Below are positions 47,669 to 57,957 of a DNA stretch of 64,000 bases, in pieces. The DNA comes from Candidatus Binatia bacterium (lineage in GTDB: Bacteria > Desulfobacterota > Binatia > UBA9968 > JAJDTQ01): assembly GCA_963666515.2 (NCBI GenBank), contig OY762897.2, forward strand, positions 4,576,001-4,640,000, in the 5' to 3' direction. Numbering within the stretch: position 1 is the first letter of the stretch; the number at the start of each line of letters is the position of its first letter. The notes below the pieces were generated by a model that saw only the letters and a program-made list of their open reading frames with translations, was not told the DNA's origin and did no database searches. A program made the position numbers and the translations under genes.

Positions 47669-48596
47669 TCACATCAGCTCTTCGATGTCTCTTCGTTCAA
47701 GGCCAACTACTGCATTGCAACTGGACCACATCGCCTCGTTCACCATTCCTGCGGTAATGCCCGTTTCTCCCGGAATGTCGTGATGTACTACAGTTCCTGA
47801 GTTTCCTAAATGGATATTTCCACCAAGAATGTGGTTGACCTGTTCTTTTCCCTGTAGACTGACCGCAACTTTCGGATCCAACGGGAACAGGAATACCCTG
47901 AGCTCTCCGTGCTCTACCCAGCACCCACCCCTGCTTCCAATAATGAATCTTGAGTTGTCTACGATCCTCCATGCCGTGACGGTAAACTCCGGATTGCGTT
48001 TTCTGAAAATCTCATCAGCTAGCGCTCCCGTTTGTGCACGGTTGTGTCGCTGGTAGACGTATAGTAGTTCGTCACTAGGCGTTAGAGACTTCCCCAGTTC
48101 TGTCTCGATCCATTCTTGCAAATCCCGTTCTTCGCTTTCTTGTAGCCTGCGCCACAGCTCGTGCCCAGCTTCTTCCGACCGAAACATGGTTCTCAAGCAA
48201 TAGTCAACTATAGCTTGCACCCATTCTTCCTGCTTATGTGGACCGCACTTTACCGCAACGAAACGAGTCCGATTAGTCGAGCTTCTTGACCCATTTGATC
48301 ATTCCCTTGATGGCCCGAGCCCATTCATTCTCAAGCTTCTGTAAGGCTTCTGCGGTCACTTCGGTCCATTCTGGTTCACTTGCAAGTATCGCTGTCTCTC
48401 CCCGCTGTCTCAGCTTTGGAGGTTTGGCAAGGACCCTTTCACCATGGTCCTGGAAGAGAATATCCCTAACGGGCATTAGCCGGATTACTGCATTGCCCTT
48501 CTCTGCGAAATGCACCTTCCCTCGGTCGGGTTTTCGGAATCCCTTCAAAATGAACTGTGGGATGTAGTGGTCTCGGCGAAGCCTCCCGGTGGTCAC
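47669..48596 (-). pseudogene. DUF4238-like protein, frameshifted near 48275
   Basis: DHYIPQFILKGF N-terminal signature; reading continues in another frame (NRTRFVAVKC..WVQAIVDY). Confidence 0.65.
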
Positions 48597-48769
48597 TTCC
48601 GGGGCTTCGGGATGAAGGACACGTCCACGGGGCGTGTCAACAGGCGGGCCATGTCGTCCGGCGTCTTGCCTTCCATGTCGGAGAAGTCAATCTCCGCCTC
48701 CTTCTCCGCCTTCGTCGGCTGATAGCGGTTGCTCACCAGTTCCACTTTGTCCGGCTTCGGCTTGGTCAT
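48593..48769 (-). CDS. 58-aa hypothetical protein (YQPTKAE motif)
   Basis: SD AAGGAG; ATGA overlaps with both neighbours; intact frame MTKPKPDKVELVSNRYQPTKAEKE.. Confidence 0.65.
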   Translation of the reverse strand: MTKPKPDKVELVSNRYQPTKAEKEAEIDFSDMEGKTPDDMARLLTRPVDVSFIPKPRK

Positions 48770-50157
48770 GTTCGTGCTCCTTGCTGTCGCAGACCTTCCC
48801 GCACGAGGACCGCGACGAATTCGTCCTGGCTCCGGGCTCCCTTCATCGAATTGCAGGCCGCACATAGTAGCTGAAGGTTGGTTATGTGGTCGGTGCCACC
48901 CTTGGACTGCGGAACCACGTGGTCCACGGTCATGTTGCGGAATGGGAACATGACGCGGCACCCGGCGCACGTGCCTTCCTGGACCCCGTAGAGGGTGTGC
49001 TTGTGCGTCCGGTAGTCCGACACCTTGCCCTGATCCAGGCGGCGAGGGATGTCCAGCCGGTGGTGTACGTCGTAGAATAGACCCATTTCCTTCCGAAGCC
49101 GGAGCTTCACCAGGTCGGCAGCTTTCGAGGGACAGGTCAATCCCTACCCACTGGCGTCCAAGTTTCTCCGCCGCAACGCAGGCCGTGGCACAACCCGCGA
49201 ACGGGTCTAACACGATTTGCCCCTTGTCGCTGCTCGCCTTGATGATCCGCTCCAGCAGCGCAAGGGGTTTCTGTGTCGGGTAGCGGTGCGCTCCTTGGCA
49301 TGAGGCTGTATTCCTCGAATGTCGGTCTATACCGTGTCAACCGGAGTGCCTGGCATTTGGTCGAGGTAGCGTTTGAAGGCGGGGACCGCGCCCGGCTTCC
49401 GTTGTATTACCAAACCCTTCTGGTAGGCGTCTTCCATGCGTTCCCGTGTCCAGCGCCATACGCGGGTTACCCCGAGGAACTCATAGGTGAGATTCGGGCG
49501 GTCCTTGTTGGGGTTTGCGAGATTGTCAAGCCTATATCGCCGACCCGTGCCCGGTTCGACATGCCGGTAGAACTTCTTCACATAGCCCGGATCGTGCGGC
49601 GCAAAAGGCGGATTCCAGATATAGCTGTCAGAACCGCTGTAGTAGAGCAGATTGTCGGCGCTGTTCGGGTAGCCCTTGAAGGCTAGCCCCTTTGCGGTGG
49701 TCCGTCGCCACGTGATCTCGCTACGGAAATGGCGAGCCTTGAAAATCGCGTCGATGAGGGTCTTGAGATAGTGCGACGCGGTGGGGTCACAGTGCAGATA
49801 GATGGAGCCGGCTTCCTTCAGGATGCGCCGCATTTCCAGCAGACGGACGGCCATCATGATGAGGTAGGACTTCATGCCCTTGCCGTGGGCGAGTCCGGCC
49901 GCGGCGATGATAGCGTACAAAGTGGGGTCCCGGTCGGCAATCTCCCCGTGCCACGCTTCGTCTACGTCGTCAAGGGTCCACGTGTCCTTGAACTTGGCCC
50001 CGGCAGCTTCGGAGCCTATCGGCGCCGCATAGTCGCGGTTGGAGTTGAAGGGCGGGTCGAGATAGATGAGGTCAACCGACTCGCTGTTCATGCCGCGCAT
50101 GATGTCCAGGTTGTCCCCGGTCCAAAGGGTGCGGTTGACCCAGTTGGGAGTCGCCAT
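48766..50157 (-). pseudogene. N6/N4 DNA methyltransferase-HNH endonuclease fusion, one nonsense codon and two frameshifts
   Basis: YLDPPF, YPTQKP, LDPFAGCAT; CAGC..VDHVVPQSKGGTDHITNLQLLCAACN; lesions near 49328, 49285, 49128. Confidence 0.85.
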
Positions 50158-50600
50158 CAGAACATTTCCGATCCGGTTTGCGGGACGGGCTTTTCCGGTG
50201 CGGAGATCAGGTCCGCATAGCGGAGCCGCCTTCCGCCCATGTACGTCTCATCGACTTCCACAGGCCCGGAGAACTCAACGCCGTTCCGGGACCGCAACCC
50301 TTCACGGAGCCGGTGCGGCAAGTGCCAAGCGGACTTTTGGGCGATCTTGAGGTTCCCGTGAAGCTTCATGCTGGCATTGGTATTGATCAGGTACAGCGCA
50401 ATGGCCCATTTCGGGTAGCCGAGGTTCGAGGATTTCATCGCGGTCCCCATCTTGACGCTGAACTTCTTGTTGCAGGCGCGGCACCGAAGGGGCATGGTCT
50501 TGTGCTTGGCCCCCGTCTGCACGTTATCCGAATCGCATCGGATACAACGCGGGCCTTCGGGCCAACGCTGTTTCTCTAGCGCTTTCTCCTCCGAGGCCAC
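50157..50600 (-). mobile_element. IS1595-family transposase remnant, internally deleted
   Basis: RWPEGPRCIRC..CRAC.KKFSV Zn ribbon, QKSAW, GPVEVDETYMGG joined directly to C-terminal RRLRYADLI. Confidence 0.85.
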
Positions 50601-50866
50601 TGCTGGGCTGCGTGCAGGACACGAAGAATCGTTACGGCTTCTGTGTCCTCTGTATAGACCACAACATAATTCGAACGCACGAGCATTTCGCGGGTGCCTT
50701 CCAGCCGGCCCTTTCTGTATAGTCTCGGGTTCTCCGGCAAGCGGGAGACCTTGGTCTCGATATCTTCCTTCAAGGCTTGGGCGGCATCTGGATTGTCGTC
50801 CGAGATGTAGTCGACAATGGCCATGAGGTCAGCGACTGCGGTCAACTTCCACTCAAGACCGCGCAC
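50576..50866 (-). CDS. relE: RelE/ParE-family toxin
   Basis: DLMAIVDYISDDNPDAA, GRLEGTREM, YVVVY, ILRVLH. Confidence 0.9.
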   Translation of the reverse strand: MRGLEWKLTAVADLMAIVDYISDDNPDAAQALKEDIETKVSRLPENPRLYRKGRLEGTREMLVRSNYVVVYTEDTEAVTILRVLHAAQQWPRRRKR

Positions 50867-51152
50867 GGCGCTTTCCGTCGATCATCGCTTGGGCCCTGTC
50901 CATGGCCTGTTCGTGCGGAATGGCAGGACGCGGATCGTCCAAGGCTTCGCGTACCTTGGCACGGAACCATTCGTCATGGGCTTCGGGATCCGCGGTGAGA
51001 CCGGCAGGCAAGCCACCCTCCGCCGCAACACGGGTCAGGAGGATTCGTACGGCATCCGAAAGCGTCAGGCCGACGCTAGCCAACGTGTGGGCGGCCTTGT
51101 TCTTGAGTTGATTATCCACGCGGACGTGAAGCATCGAAGTGTGGGCTGGCAT
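50853..51152 (-). CDS. relB: RelB/DinJ-family antitoxin
   Basis: LHVRVDNQLK, GLTLSDAVRILL, HDEWFRAKVREAL. Confidence 0.9.
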   Translation of the reverse strand: MPAHTSMLHVRVDNQLKNKAAHTLASVGLTLSDAVRILLTRVAAEGGLPAGLTADPEAHDEWFRAKVREALDDPRPAIPHEQAMDRAQAMIDGKRRARS

Positions 51153-51238
51153 TGACTTCTCCTTTCACCGCACCAGTGTACGCATCTCAAATGAGATACG
51201 CAAGCGGCGAGGTGGACATCCCGACCGGAGTCTTCCTG

Positions 51239-52036
51239 CTAGTCCCGTTTCATTTCGGTCAGCTCGGTCCGAAGTGCGCGGATCTCGGCCTGCAGATCCG
51301 CGAGTGTGGGTTCGGGGGTGGACGCTCCGGGTTTCTTGGCGTCGAGTTCTCCATGCCCGTGCGTCTGCATCGCGTCGACGATGATGCCGATGAACAGGTT
51401 CAGGACGGCGAACGAGGTGATCAGGATGAACGGCACGAAGAAGAGCCAAGCGTGCGGAAACACCTCCATCACCGGCCGCACGATGCCCATGGACCAGCTC
51501 TCCAGAGTCATGATCTGGAACAGGGTATAGGCCGAACTGCCGATGCTGCCGAACCAGTCCGGGAAGCGGTCGGCAAACAGGTTGGTGGCCATCACCGAGA
51601 ACACGAAGTAGATCACCGACAGCAGCATCACCACCGAACCCATGCCCGGCACCGCGTGAAGCAGTGCGCCGACCACCCGGCGCATGGAGGGCACGGCGGA
51701 GATCAGCCGGAAGACCCGGAGAATCCTGAGCGCCCGCATCACCGAGAGAAACTCGGTGGCCGGAATGAGCGCGATGGCCACCACGATCGTGTCGAAGTGG
51801 TTCCAGGCGTCCCGGACGAAATCGCCGCGCTGTCCCACTACCTTGAGCAGGATCTCCACCACGAAGATCGCCAGGATCACCCGGTCGGCCAGCTTGAGGA
51901 AGCTCCCGGCCGCGGCCATGGCCGCCGGGCTGGTCTCCAGCGCCAGCACCAAGGCGTTCAGCACGATCAGGGTCGTGATCCAGCGTTGCGTGGCGCGGTG
52001 CTCGACAAATGAGCGGATACGGTCGGTCGCTCCCAT
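51239..52036 (-). CDS. Bacterial voltage-gated sodium channel (BacNav/NaChBac-like)
   Basis: Six TM; S4 RALRILRVFR; filter FQIMTLESWS; C-terminal coiled coil. Confidence 0.92.
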   Translation of the reverse strand: MGATDRIRSFVEHRATQRWITTLIVLNALVLALETSPAAMAAAGSFLKLADRVILAIFVVEILLKVVGQRGDFVRDAWNHFDTIVVAIALIPATEFLSVMRALRILRVFRLISAVPSMRRVVGALLHAVPGMGSVVMLLSVIYFVFSVMATNLFADRFPDWFGSIGSSAYTLFQIMTLESWSMGIVRPVMEVFPHAWLFFVPFILITSFAVLNLFIGIIVDAMQTHGHGELDAKKPGASTPEPTLADLQAEIRALRTELTEMKRD

Positions 52037-52047
52037 CGCCCTCTTGA

Positions 52048-52482
52048 TCAGGAAAGTAGCGGATTTCGGGTCGGAAGGCCGGGGAAACGACTGAAATCCC
52101 GGTCGGCCGTCCACAACTCCGTGACGCCGTGGTCGATACAGATCGCGGCAACCCTCGCGTCGTGGACCAAGGGTCCTCTTGCCTGGGCTGTCTGGAGTTG
52201 CCGCTTCAGTTCATCCCAGTGTGCATCGCCTTCGTGCAACAACACGGCAACGGGCGCTTCGAGCCATGCCTCGATCTGACCCACCGCGTCGGTCAGGGTC
52301 GACGGCGGGTCGTAGATCCTGGGGTGGGTGGCGATGGCCAGGAACTCGTGGACACACGGCCAAGGTATGCCCCACGCCACGCGCCCCTCCGCCAGACGTT
52401 CGATGCAGGATCTGGCCCGCTCATGCCACTCCGAATCGGCCCGGTGCGCGTAAACGAGGATGTTGGTATCGGTGGCGATCAA
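52048..52482 (-). CDS. vapC: VapC PIN-domain toxin
   Basis: IATDTNILVYAH, HEFL, VHDARVAA, LWTADRDF; TTG start overlapping the antitoxin stop. Confidence 0.9.
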   Translation of the reverse strand: MIATDTNILVYAHRADSEWHERARSCIERLAEGRVAWGIPWPCVHEFLAIATHPRIYDPPSTLTDAVGQIEAWLEAPVAVLLHEGDAHWDELKRQLQTAQARGPLVHDARVAAICIDHGVTELWTADRDFSRFPGLPTRNPLLS

Positions 52483-52724
52483 CTTCCCCGATCCTTGTAC
52501 ACCGCCTCCCTGATGCGGGACCAATCGGCGTCACGATAGTCGGCCTGCAACCCCCCGCCGCCAACGCTCGCGTTCTTCAACTTGAAGCCGGCTCGCTGCC
52601 GGTCCGCGCGCATGACCTCACGCAATCCGCGTTCTACCAGCGACCTCAACGTGATTTTGTGTCGGGCCGCATACGCTTTCGCCGTGTTGGCCAGATCGTC
52701 GGGAATCTCGATGGTCGTCTTCAT
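52479..52724 (-). CDS. vapB: VapB-like (DUF2191) antitoxin
   Basis: MKTTIEIPDDL..TLRSLVERGLR. Confidence 0.88.
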   Translation of the reverse strand: MKTTIEIPDDLANTAKAYAARHKITLRSLVERGLREVMRADRQRAGFKLKNASVGGGGLQADYRDADWSRIREAVYKDRGS

Positions 52725-52806
52725 TGTGTCTGCCTGTATTAATAAATATGGGTAACCCTACCAAGCCATGCAAATTTTGCAACGGATATCGCCGTGAAAG
52801 CGCAGC

Positions 52807-55800
52807 TCAGACTTCCGCCGGCTCGAACACCAACTCCGGTACTGCCACCTCCCATGTTTCGCACTTGAGTGTGTCGCGGTACTTGGGGTCCGATGTCTCG
52901 CGGCTCCACCGTACGATGGCCAGCACCGTGGCTGACCGGCAGCGCATGCCTCGCGGCGGCTTGAATTTCTTCGCGAAGCGTCCCACTGTCGCCTCCGTGG
53001 GTCCCAGCAACTCCCAACGACCTCCGCTCACTTCCCGCGCGACCAGCGGATCGCCGGGCGACAGTGCGGCGATGGCCCGGTGCGTCCGATGACCGGCTTT
53101 GCGGCGTCCGGCAAAGCCCAGGTCCACCTCCCGCAGGCTCGGCTGGACGTGGCGGTATCGCAGCGCCGGGGGGCAGGGCGGAAGCGCGGCCGGTTCCCGG
53201 CGGAGCACCGAGGGAAGGGCGAACAGCGCGTCCTGGAACGGGTGCCCCCCTTCGAAGCGCGCCAGCGCAAGGGTCTGTCGGGCCCGGGTCATGGCAACGT
53301 AGTACAGCCGCCGCGGAGCATCCCGGTCTTCGCCGGAGCCGACGCGCCCCCAACCGCCGTCCAGCACGGCCACGTGATCGAACTCCAGTCCCTTGGCGCG
53401 GTGGGCAGTGAGCAGAAGGAGGCCGTGCTGGCGCCGCCGTATCTCGCGGCCCCATTCGGCGAGCCACTCGATGAAGTGGTCGACCGGGATTTCACCGCCG
53501 CCGGTTTCCAGCGCCTGTTCGGCGATGGCCTGTTGCAGAAGTTTGTGCCAGCGGTTGGACGGCTGCGCTTCCGCCCACCGGCGCAGAGACGCGCCGTCCA
53601 CGAGACCGCTGTCGCGTTGGCGCAGCCAATCAACCAATGTCCGGGTCTCGCGCAGCCGCCAAAAGCTGGGGATCTCCTCGTTGCCCATCTGCACCGGGAT
53701 TTCGTTGGCCTCGCAGAACGCGCGCACCGGGACCAGATAGCTCCACTCCCGCGCGATCACGGCGCAACGCGCCCAGTCCCAGTCAGGCGACAGCTTCTCG
53801 AGTCGTTGCAACTCCTCCATGACGACCCGCGTCTGCGCCACCGGGTCACGTGGAGCCGCCAGAATCTGCACCCGTCCCTGCCCCACGGGGTCCAGTTCCT
53901 CCCACGTCCCGCCGGGCGCGTCCTCGGTCCGGGCGGCATTGACGTGGATGGGATGCTCGGCCTTCATCCGCTCGCGCGCCGGCTCGATGACGGCGTTGGC
54001 CGCGTCAATGATGTGGTCGGTGGACCGGTAATTCTCGACCAGATGGATGGGCTTTGGCCCGTAGTCCTGCTGGAAGCGGCGGATGAACTCCACCGAGGCG
54101 CCGTTGAAGGCGTAGACGTTCTGGTCGTCGTCGCCCACGGCGAACACGGTGAGCTTGCCGGCTTCGTCCTCGAGGGTGCGGCCGGCCAGCGCGGAGATCA
54201 GATCGTACTGGTCCGCGGCGATGTCCTGGTACTCGTCCACCAGGATCCAGCGGAACCCCGCCAATAGCCGTACGCGCTGCTCGTCGGCGTCTTCGGACGG
54301 CAGCCCGTGGCCGCGCAGCAGATCCACCGCGCGCCGCATCACTTCCCGGAACACGTCGTCATCGGGCCGCTCCGCGCGCCCGGTGAAGCTGGCGCCCGCC
54401 AGCCGCATGGCGAGGGCGTGGCAGGTGAGAACGGTCACGCCCCTGGCGTCGTCGCCGATCAGCTCCCCGAGCCGGCGGCGGATGTCCACCGCGGCATGCC
54501 GGTTGTACGCCAGCGCCAGGATGCCGCGAGCGTTCTCGCGCCGGACCCGGATCAAGTAGGCGATGCGGTGGACCAGCACGCGCGTCTTGCCGGAGCCGGG
54601 GCCTGCGAGCACCAGCACGTTGGTCTGCTCGCGGTCGTCGGCGACGATGCGCTGCTGCACGGGGTTCTTGAGGTCCTCGACGATGGCGGTCCACGACGCG
54701 GGAGTGGTCTGCCGGCTGATCTCGCGGCTGCGTCCCGGCAGCCAGCGTTCCAGGAACGCCTCCTGCTTGAGGGCGAAGTAGTCCAGAGCCATCCGGGTCG
54801 CCTCCGCCACGGCCTCCAGGCCCCGCTGGGCAAACTCCACCATCACGTGGATCTGCAGGACCTGTCCCCGGTAGTGAAGCGCAAGGGGCTCGAAGTCGGC
54901 GTTGGTGAAGCCCCGCCGGTCCTGTTGCAGGCGGATGGTCATGGCCGGCCGGAACACGGTCAGTCCCTTGTTGAGGCGGAGGACTTCCAGCTCATGCAGC
55001 CACAGCAGTGCGCGGTCCAGCAGCCTGGCGGGGTGACGGATTCTGCTCTTGATCTCCAGGTCGGACTCCATCGCGTGGGTGAGTCTGCCCAGCGTGGTTT
55101 CCGCCAGCAGGTCCGTGCCGCGGGCGCCGGACGGCAGGCAGGCCAGGAGATGCTCCAGCAGAAGTCCGGCTCCTTCCCGCCGGAGTCTCGCGGTCTCCTC
55201 CAGCGCTCCCCATTCGCGGTGCAGCGTCACCCGCGCGATTTCCGCATCGAGCTTGCGCACGGTCAGGCTGCCGGCGGCGCCGTCCTCGCCGCGGCCGTCG
55301 TAGGCGATGCCGCGGACGATGCGCCACAGCCGTTCCGGGAGGGGGTCGGCCACGCCCTCGTCCCGCAGCACCTGAGCCGCCACGCGCAAGTGCAGCGACG
55401 ACGTGCCGCCCTTGCCCAGGTCCGGCGCCGCCTCGCGCATGTGCCGTATCAGCGCAGTCTCCAGTTGGGCGGCGGCCTCCAGGCGCTTGACGGAGGAATG
55501 CTCCACCCCCTGGTGGACGAACGCGGTCAAGGCGGCGTCGTTGCTGGCGATGCCCAGCCGTTCCAGGTCGTAGAGCACGTGGCGCACGCCCTCGGGGCTC
55601 AGCCCGGACGCGCCCATCAGGTCGTCGGTCGAGAGTCCTTCGTCCGGCCTGGCGTCGATCAACGCCGCGGCCACGCGCTGCAACTGGTCGCGATAGGCGT
55701 CCGTGATGCGTGTCTGACGGAGGCGGTCGCGGACTTCCTCCGCCGACCGCACCCTCAGCGACGACGGGAACACCTGCACCCGGTTCTCCTCCCGGGTCAG

Positions 55801-57957
55801 CAGCGCGGCTTCCTCCAGCCATGCCACCGCGGTCCGCACGCGGGTGTCGTCGGTAGAGGAGTCGCGCTCGAACACTTGCTCCTCGTCCTCGCCGAGGATC
55901 TCGCCCGCGGTAGCCACCACCTTGCCGTCCAGGCGTTTCTTCCGATCCAGGTTGCGCAGCGCCCGCAGGATGCCGTGGATCTCCGTCCGGGTGAGGCGGG
56001 AGCGCGCCGACATGCCGAACTGCCGCTCCACGTCGTCCGCGGCGTACAGCAGCACGCAGCGCGCCGCGGCCCGGTCACGGCCGGCGCGGCCCGCCTCCTG
56101 GAGGTAGTTCTCGAGTGAGCCGGGGATGTCGGCGTGGATCACCAGCCGCACGTCGGGCTTGTCGATACCCATGCCGAAGGCATTGGTGGCGACGATGGCG
56201 CGCAGCTCGCCGTCGATGAATCGTTGCTGCACGTCCTTCTTGGTCTCCGGCGGCAGACCGGCGTGGAAATGGCCGGCGGCTACGTCCTTCAGTTGCAGGA
56301 ACTCAGCCACCTCCTCGCTCTGCCGGCGCGTGGCGCAATAGATGATGGCGCCGCCCGACGTCTGCGGCGGAAGGTACGATGTCAGTATCTGGTAAATGTC
56401 GGCGAACTTGTCGGACGCCGTCGTCGGCATGACCTCGAAGGTCAGATTGGACCGCTCCACGCCCCCGTCGATCACCGCCAGCTCGATGCCGAGACGGTCG
56501 CGGAAGTGCCGGGTGATGTCGTCCACCACGTCCGGCTTCGCGGTGGCAGTCAAACACAGTACGGGCGGCACGGGACCGTCCCCGGCCTTCTCCCGGATGA
56601 AACGGCCCACGTAGAGGTAGTCGGGCCGGAAGTCATGTCCCCAGCGCGAAAGACAGTGGGCCTCGTCCAGCACCCATGCGCCGATCTCGCGCTGGCCCAG
56701 GGCGCGGCGCAGGGACGGCGACCGGAGCTGCTCGGGAGAGACGAGCAGGATGCCCGCGTCTCCCAGCCGAACCCGGTCCAGAGCGTCGGCACGCTCCGGC
56801 ATGGACAGAAGACCGGTGACCGCCACGCAGCAACCTATGCCGCGCGCCTCCAGCCCGGCCACCTGGTCCGCCATCAGCGCCACCAGGGGAGAGACCACCA
56901 CCGTGAGCGCGCCGGTCTTGTCGTAACGCGACAGCGCCGGAATCTGGTAGCAGAGCGACTTCCCCGTGCCCGTGGGCAGGATCCCGAGCACGTGCCGCCC
57001 CGCCATGGCCGCCTCGACGATGGTGCGCTGCATCGGGCGCCCTTCGTCGTCCACCGGCTCCGGGCGGAAGTCGTCGAAGCCGAACCAGCGATGGAGTTCC
57101 TTGCGTGGGTCGTGGCGCTCCCGGCACCATTCGCAGGCCGCGTCGGTGCAGGGCGTGTCCCGCAGCCGGCGCACCAGCAGGCCCGCCTCCGGGAACTGAT
57201 GCCTTACCCACGGCGGCATCACCGAGTTGCCTCCCGCCACCGACAGCCACGCCAGCGCATAGGCCAGCGCCCACCTGGTGTCAGGGGACGGCGTCGGAGC
57301 GAGTCCGCCACGATGGCCGGATGCCTGCGCGTAGACGGCGCAGCCGGTGTCCTCCAGCCGCCTGTGAATGGCGGCCCACGCTTCGGCGTCCGAAGGGCGG
57401 TCCGCGCCGCGGATTTCCGAGAAAAGTGTATCGAGAGCGTGGTCGGCGCCGTCCGGCTCCGGCGTGACCAGCCAGTGCCACGCCGCCAGGAGATCGGGCT
57501 CGGTCTTCACCAGAGCTTCGCGCTGGTCGCCGAACACTTCCAGCGCCAGGCGTGCATCCAGCTCAGGATCGTTCAACTGCCGGCGCCGGAGCCCGCCGTC
57601 CTGGTAGTGCTTCACGAGGTGGTGATAGGGGTTGCGCGGGAAGGCCAGCGGGCTGAGGCGCAGGGTGTCCACCGCCGGCAGCCGGAGCAGCCGCAGGTCC
57701 GGCTTCGCAGCGGTCAGGTGGGTCAGGTCGAATGCGATCAGGTTGTGGCCGAGGATGAAGGATGCGCCGTCCGCGAAATCATCGAGTTCCTTGAGCGCCC
57801 TGTTCAGTCCGCCCCCCGAATGGACCTTCCTTCGTTTGGTGTCGGCGCGTATCGCGCCGAAGGCATGGATGCCCCCATCCTTCCTGCCGACCTCCAGGTC
57901 CAGCGCGAGGCAGCCCGAGAGGGGATCGTCGCGTCCGTGTGTCTTCCGCATCGGCAT
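52807..57957 (-). CDS. DEDD exonuclease-RecQ (SF2)-UvrD (SF1) multidomain helicase
   Basis: DLE / GHN..FD / NDPELD; PTGTGKS, DEAH, HDFRPDY, QEAGRAGRD; AGPGSGKT, DEYQD, GDDDQ, NYRS, HRAKGLEF, YVAMTRA. Confidence 0.9.
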   Translation of the reverse strand: MPMRKTHGRDDPLSGCLALDLEVGRKDGGIHAFGAIRADTKRRKVHSGGGLNRALKELDDFADGASFILGHNLIAFDLTHLTAAKPDLRLLRLPAVDTLRLSPLAFPRNPYHHLVKHYQDGGLRRRQLNDPELDARLALEVFGDQREALVKTEPDLLAAWHWLVTPEPDGADHALDTLFSEIRGADRPSDAEAWAAIHRRLEDTGCAVYAQASGHRGGLAPTPSPDTRWALAYALAWLSVAGGNSVMPPWVRHQFPEAGLLVRRLRDTPCTDAACEWCRERHDPRKELHRWFGFDDFRPEPVDDEGRPMQRTIVEAAMAGRHVLGILPTGTGKSLCYQIPALSRYDKTGALTVVVSPLVALMADQVAGLEARGIGCCVAVTGLLSMPERADALDRVRLGDAGILLVSPEQLRSPSLRRALGQREIGAWVLDEAHCLSRWGHDFRPDYLYVGRFIREKAGDGPVPPVLCLTATAKPDVVDDITRHFRDRLGIELAVIDGGVERSNLTFEVMPTTASDKFADIYQILTSYLPPQTSGGAIIYCATRRQSEEVAEFLQLKDVAAGHFHAGLPPETKKDVQQRFIDGELRAIVATNAFGMGIDKPDVRLVIHADIPGSLENYLQEAGRAGRDRAAARCVLLYAADDVERQFGMSARSRLTRTEIHGILRALRNLDRKKRLDGKVVATAGEILGEDEEQVFERDSSTDDTRVRTAVAWLEEAALLTREENRVQVFPSSLRVRSAEEVRDRLRQTRITDAYRDQLQRVAAALIDARPDEGLSTDDLMGASGLSPEGVRHVLYDLERLGIASNDAALTAFVHQGVEHSSVKRLEAAAQLETALIRHMREAAPDLGKGGTSSLHLRVAAQVLRDEGVADPLPERLWRIVRGIAYDGRGEDGAAGSLTVRKLDAEIARVTLHREWGALEETARLRREGAGLLLEHLLACLPSGARGTDLLAETTLGRLTHAMESDLEIKSRIRHPARLLDRALLWLHELEVLRLNKGLTVFRPAMTIRLQQDRRGFTNADFEPLALHYRGQVLQIHVMVEFAQRGLEAVAEATRMALDYFALKQEAFLERWLPGRSREISRQTTPASWTAIVEDLKNPVQQRIVADDREQTNVLVLAGPGSGKTRVLVHRIAYLIRVRRENARGILALAYNRHAAVDIRRRLGELIGDDARGVTVLTCHALAMRLAGASFTGRAERPDDDVFREVMRRAVDLLRGHGLPSEDADEQRVRLLAGFRWILVDEYQDIAADQYDLISALAGRTLEDEAGKLTVFAVGDDDQNVYAFNGASVEFIRRFQQDYGPKPIHLVENYRSTDHIIDAANAVIEPARERMKAEHPIHVNAARTEDAPGGTWEELDPVGQGRVQILAAPRDPVAQTRVVMEELQRLEKLSPDWDWARCAVIAREWSYLVPVRAFCEANEIPVQMGNEEIPSFWRLRETRTLVDWLRQRDSGLVDGASLRRWAEAQPSNRWHKLLQQAIAEQALETGGGEIPVDHFIEWLAEWGREIRRRQHGLLLLTAHRAKGLEFDHVAVLDGGWGRVGSGEDRDAPRRLYYVAMTRARQTLALARFEGGHPFQDALFALPSVLRREPAALPPCPPALRYRHVQPSLREVDLGFAGRRKAGHRTHRAIAALSPGDPLVAREVSGGRWELLGPTEATVGRFAKKFKPPRGMRCRSATVLAIVRWSRETSDPKYRDTLKCETWEVAVPELVFEPAEV

